A stretch of DNA of 7,206 bases from Ascoidea asiatica JCM 7603. Its lineage: Eukaryota > Fungi > Ascomycota. The translations under genes and the position numbers were made by a program. Below are positions 6,143 to 7,206 of the stretch, piece after piece (the stretch's first letter is position 1; every line of letters begins with the position of its first letter). The stretch covers positions 3,566 to 10,771 of the forward strand of contig BCKQ01000039.1 in NCBI GenBank assembly GCA_001600695.1, in the 5' to 3' direction. The notes beneath the pieces are model-generated. The model had not been told where the DNA came from and did not search any database. It saw only the letters and a program-made list of their open reading frames with translations.

Positions 6143-7206
6143 TTAATCACCATTATTATTATTATAATTATTATTATTCTTTCTTTCCTTTTCTTGAATT
6201 TCTTTCTCAATTAAATAATCTTCTGAAGTTTTCCAAAGATTTAAAAATTTATCATCAATAAATTCTTTATCTTTAATTTTAAATTCTGGTAAAATTTCAA
6301 TTTTTCTTAAATATTCAATTAATGAATCTTCATCTTCATTTAACCAAATTAATAATTCTTCTTCTTTAATTAAATTATCATATTCTTTTTCTTTTTTAAT
6401 TTCATTTTCAATTTCATTAGAATCTGAAACTCTTGAATATTGCTCAAATTTATTTTCACTGTTTCCATTTTTATTATTCTTAGAATTATTTATATTAATA
6501 TTTGTTGTTGATCTTATTGTTCGTAATTTACCATATCTTAAATTTATATCATTTAAAATATTCTCAATTTTTCTATTTTCAAAAATTGTATAATTACCAG
6601 TTAAAATTTCACCATTTTTATTAATATTATTTAAATTATTTTCATAAAATTTCTTAATCTTACTTTTAAAACTTATCAATTTAATCCATTGACCAATTTT
6701 TTTAAAATAAAAATATCCTCTATAATATTTCTTAAAACAATTATTATTATATTCAATTTTTAACATATCTTTATAATTATTTGGTATAAATCCATAAGTT
6801 CCACCTAATAATTTAGTTTCTTGAATTGGAAATAATTCAGAATATGAAATAAAATGATTATTTCTACAATTAAAAATTTGTAATTTTAAATTTCTATTTA
6901 AAATTTTTAAACTATTCCTTTTATTTATATTCTCTTTTGTATTTTTTAATAAATTTAAATAATCTTTATTATAATTATTTTCTTTATTAATTAAATCTTT
7001 ATTAATAAATTTAAAATTTTTTATAAATTTATTATTTCTAAAATTTATTAATTCTCCATATCTTGTTGGAGTTTGAGTATTTGTAAAACTTAATCCAGTT
7101 ATATCAATATACATTCCACTTTTAATATTTATAAATCTTAAATCTATTAAATTCTTACCACCATTTTTATTTCTATTATTTATAAAATTATTACAATCAA
7201 TTAAAT
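6143..7206 (-). CDS. LicD-family phosphotransferase, Mnn4/Mnn14/Pno1-like mannosylphosphorylation protein; 5'-partial
   Basis: The frame stays open upstream of the track's ATG to the window edge: LIDCNNFINNRNKNGGKNLIDLRFINIKSGMYIDITGL (cf. Mnn4-family NGNNNIDARFIDVDTGLYIDITGL). It is followed by FNCRNNHFISYSELFPIQETKLLGGTYGFIPNNYKDMLKIEY (cf. YNCRNNHF...ELSPL...PNNY..IL..EY). Stop TAA at 6143-6145. Orthology within the family is not resolvable. Confidence 0.88.
   Translation of the reverse strand, partial: LIDCNNFINNRNKNGGKNLIDLRFINIKSGMYIDITGLSFTNTQTPTRYGELINFRNNKFIKNFKFINKDLINKENNYNKDYLNLLKNTKENINKRNSLKILNRNLKLQIFNCRNNHFISYSELFPIQETKLLGGTYGFIPNNYKDMLKIEYNNNCFKKYYRGYFYFKKIGQWIKLISFKSKIKKFYENNLNNINKNGEILTGNYTIFENRKIENILNDINLRYGKLRTIRSTTNININNSKNNKNGNSENKFEQYSRVSDSNEIENEIKKEKEYDNLIKEEELLIWLNEDEDSLIEYLRKIEILPEFKIKDKEFIDDKFLNLWKTSEDYLIEKEIQEKERKNNNNYNNNNGD

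Overview
Extremely AT-rich eukaryotic DNA, most likely from a budding yeast (Saccharomycotina); this is inferred from the Mnn4-type motifs and the intron-free, Asn-rich ORFs, and the species cannot be determined. The right end holds the 3' part of a LicD/Mnn4-family gene (minus strand, open to the window edge, 30 codons longer than the ORF track shows). The main structure is a head-to-head pair of metacaspase (peptidase C14) paralogs about 4.2 kb apart. The right copy (4646-5266, +) keeps the His/Cys dyad but has no prodomain, has lost its Ca2+-binding aspartates, and carries a p10-like remnant out of frame. The left copy (172-432, -) is a nonsense-truncated N-terminal fragment. The two share a ~245-bp inverted repeat with a nearly identical core and diverged edges, which suggests gene conversion and makes the intervening segment potentially invertible. 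Between them lie decayed coding relics, a 10-bp tandem repeat and a ~100-bp degenerate triplication. A motif-dense, promoter-like segment (5911-6067) has no convincing downstream gene. No rRNA, tRNA, CRISPR array or recognisable transposase was seen, and no new system is established from sequence alone.
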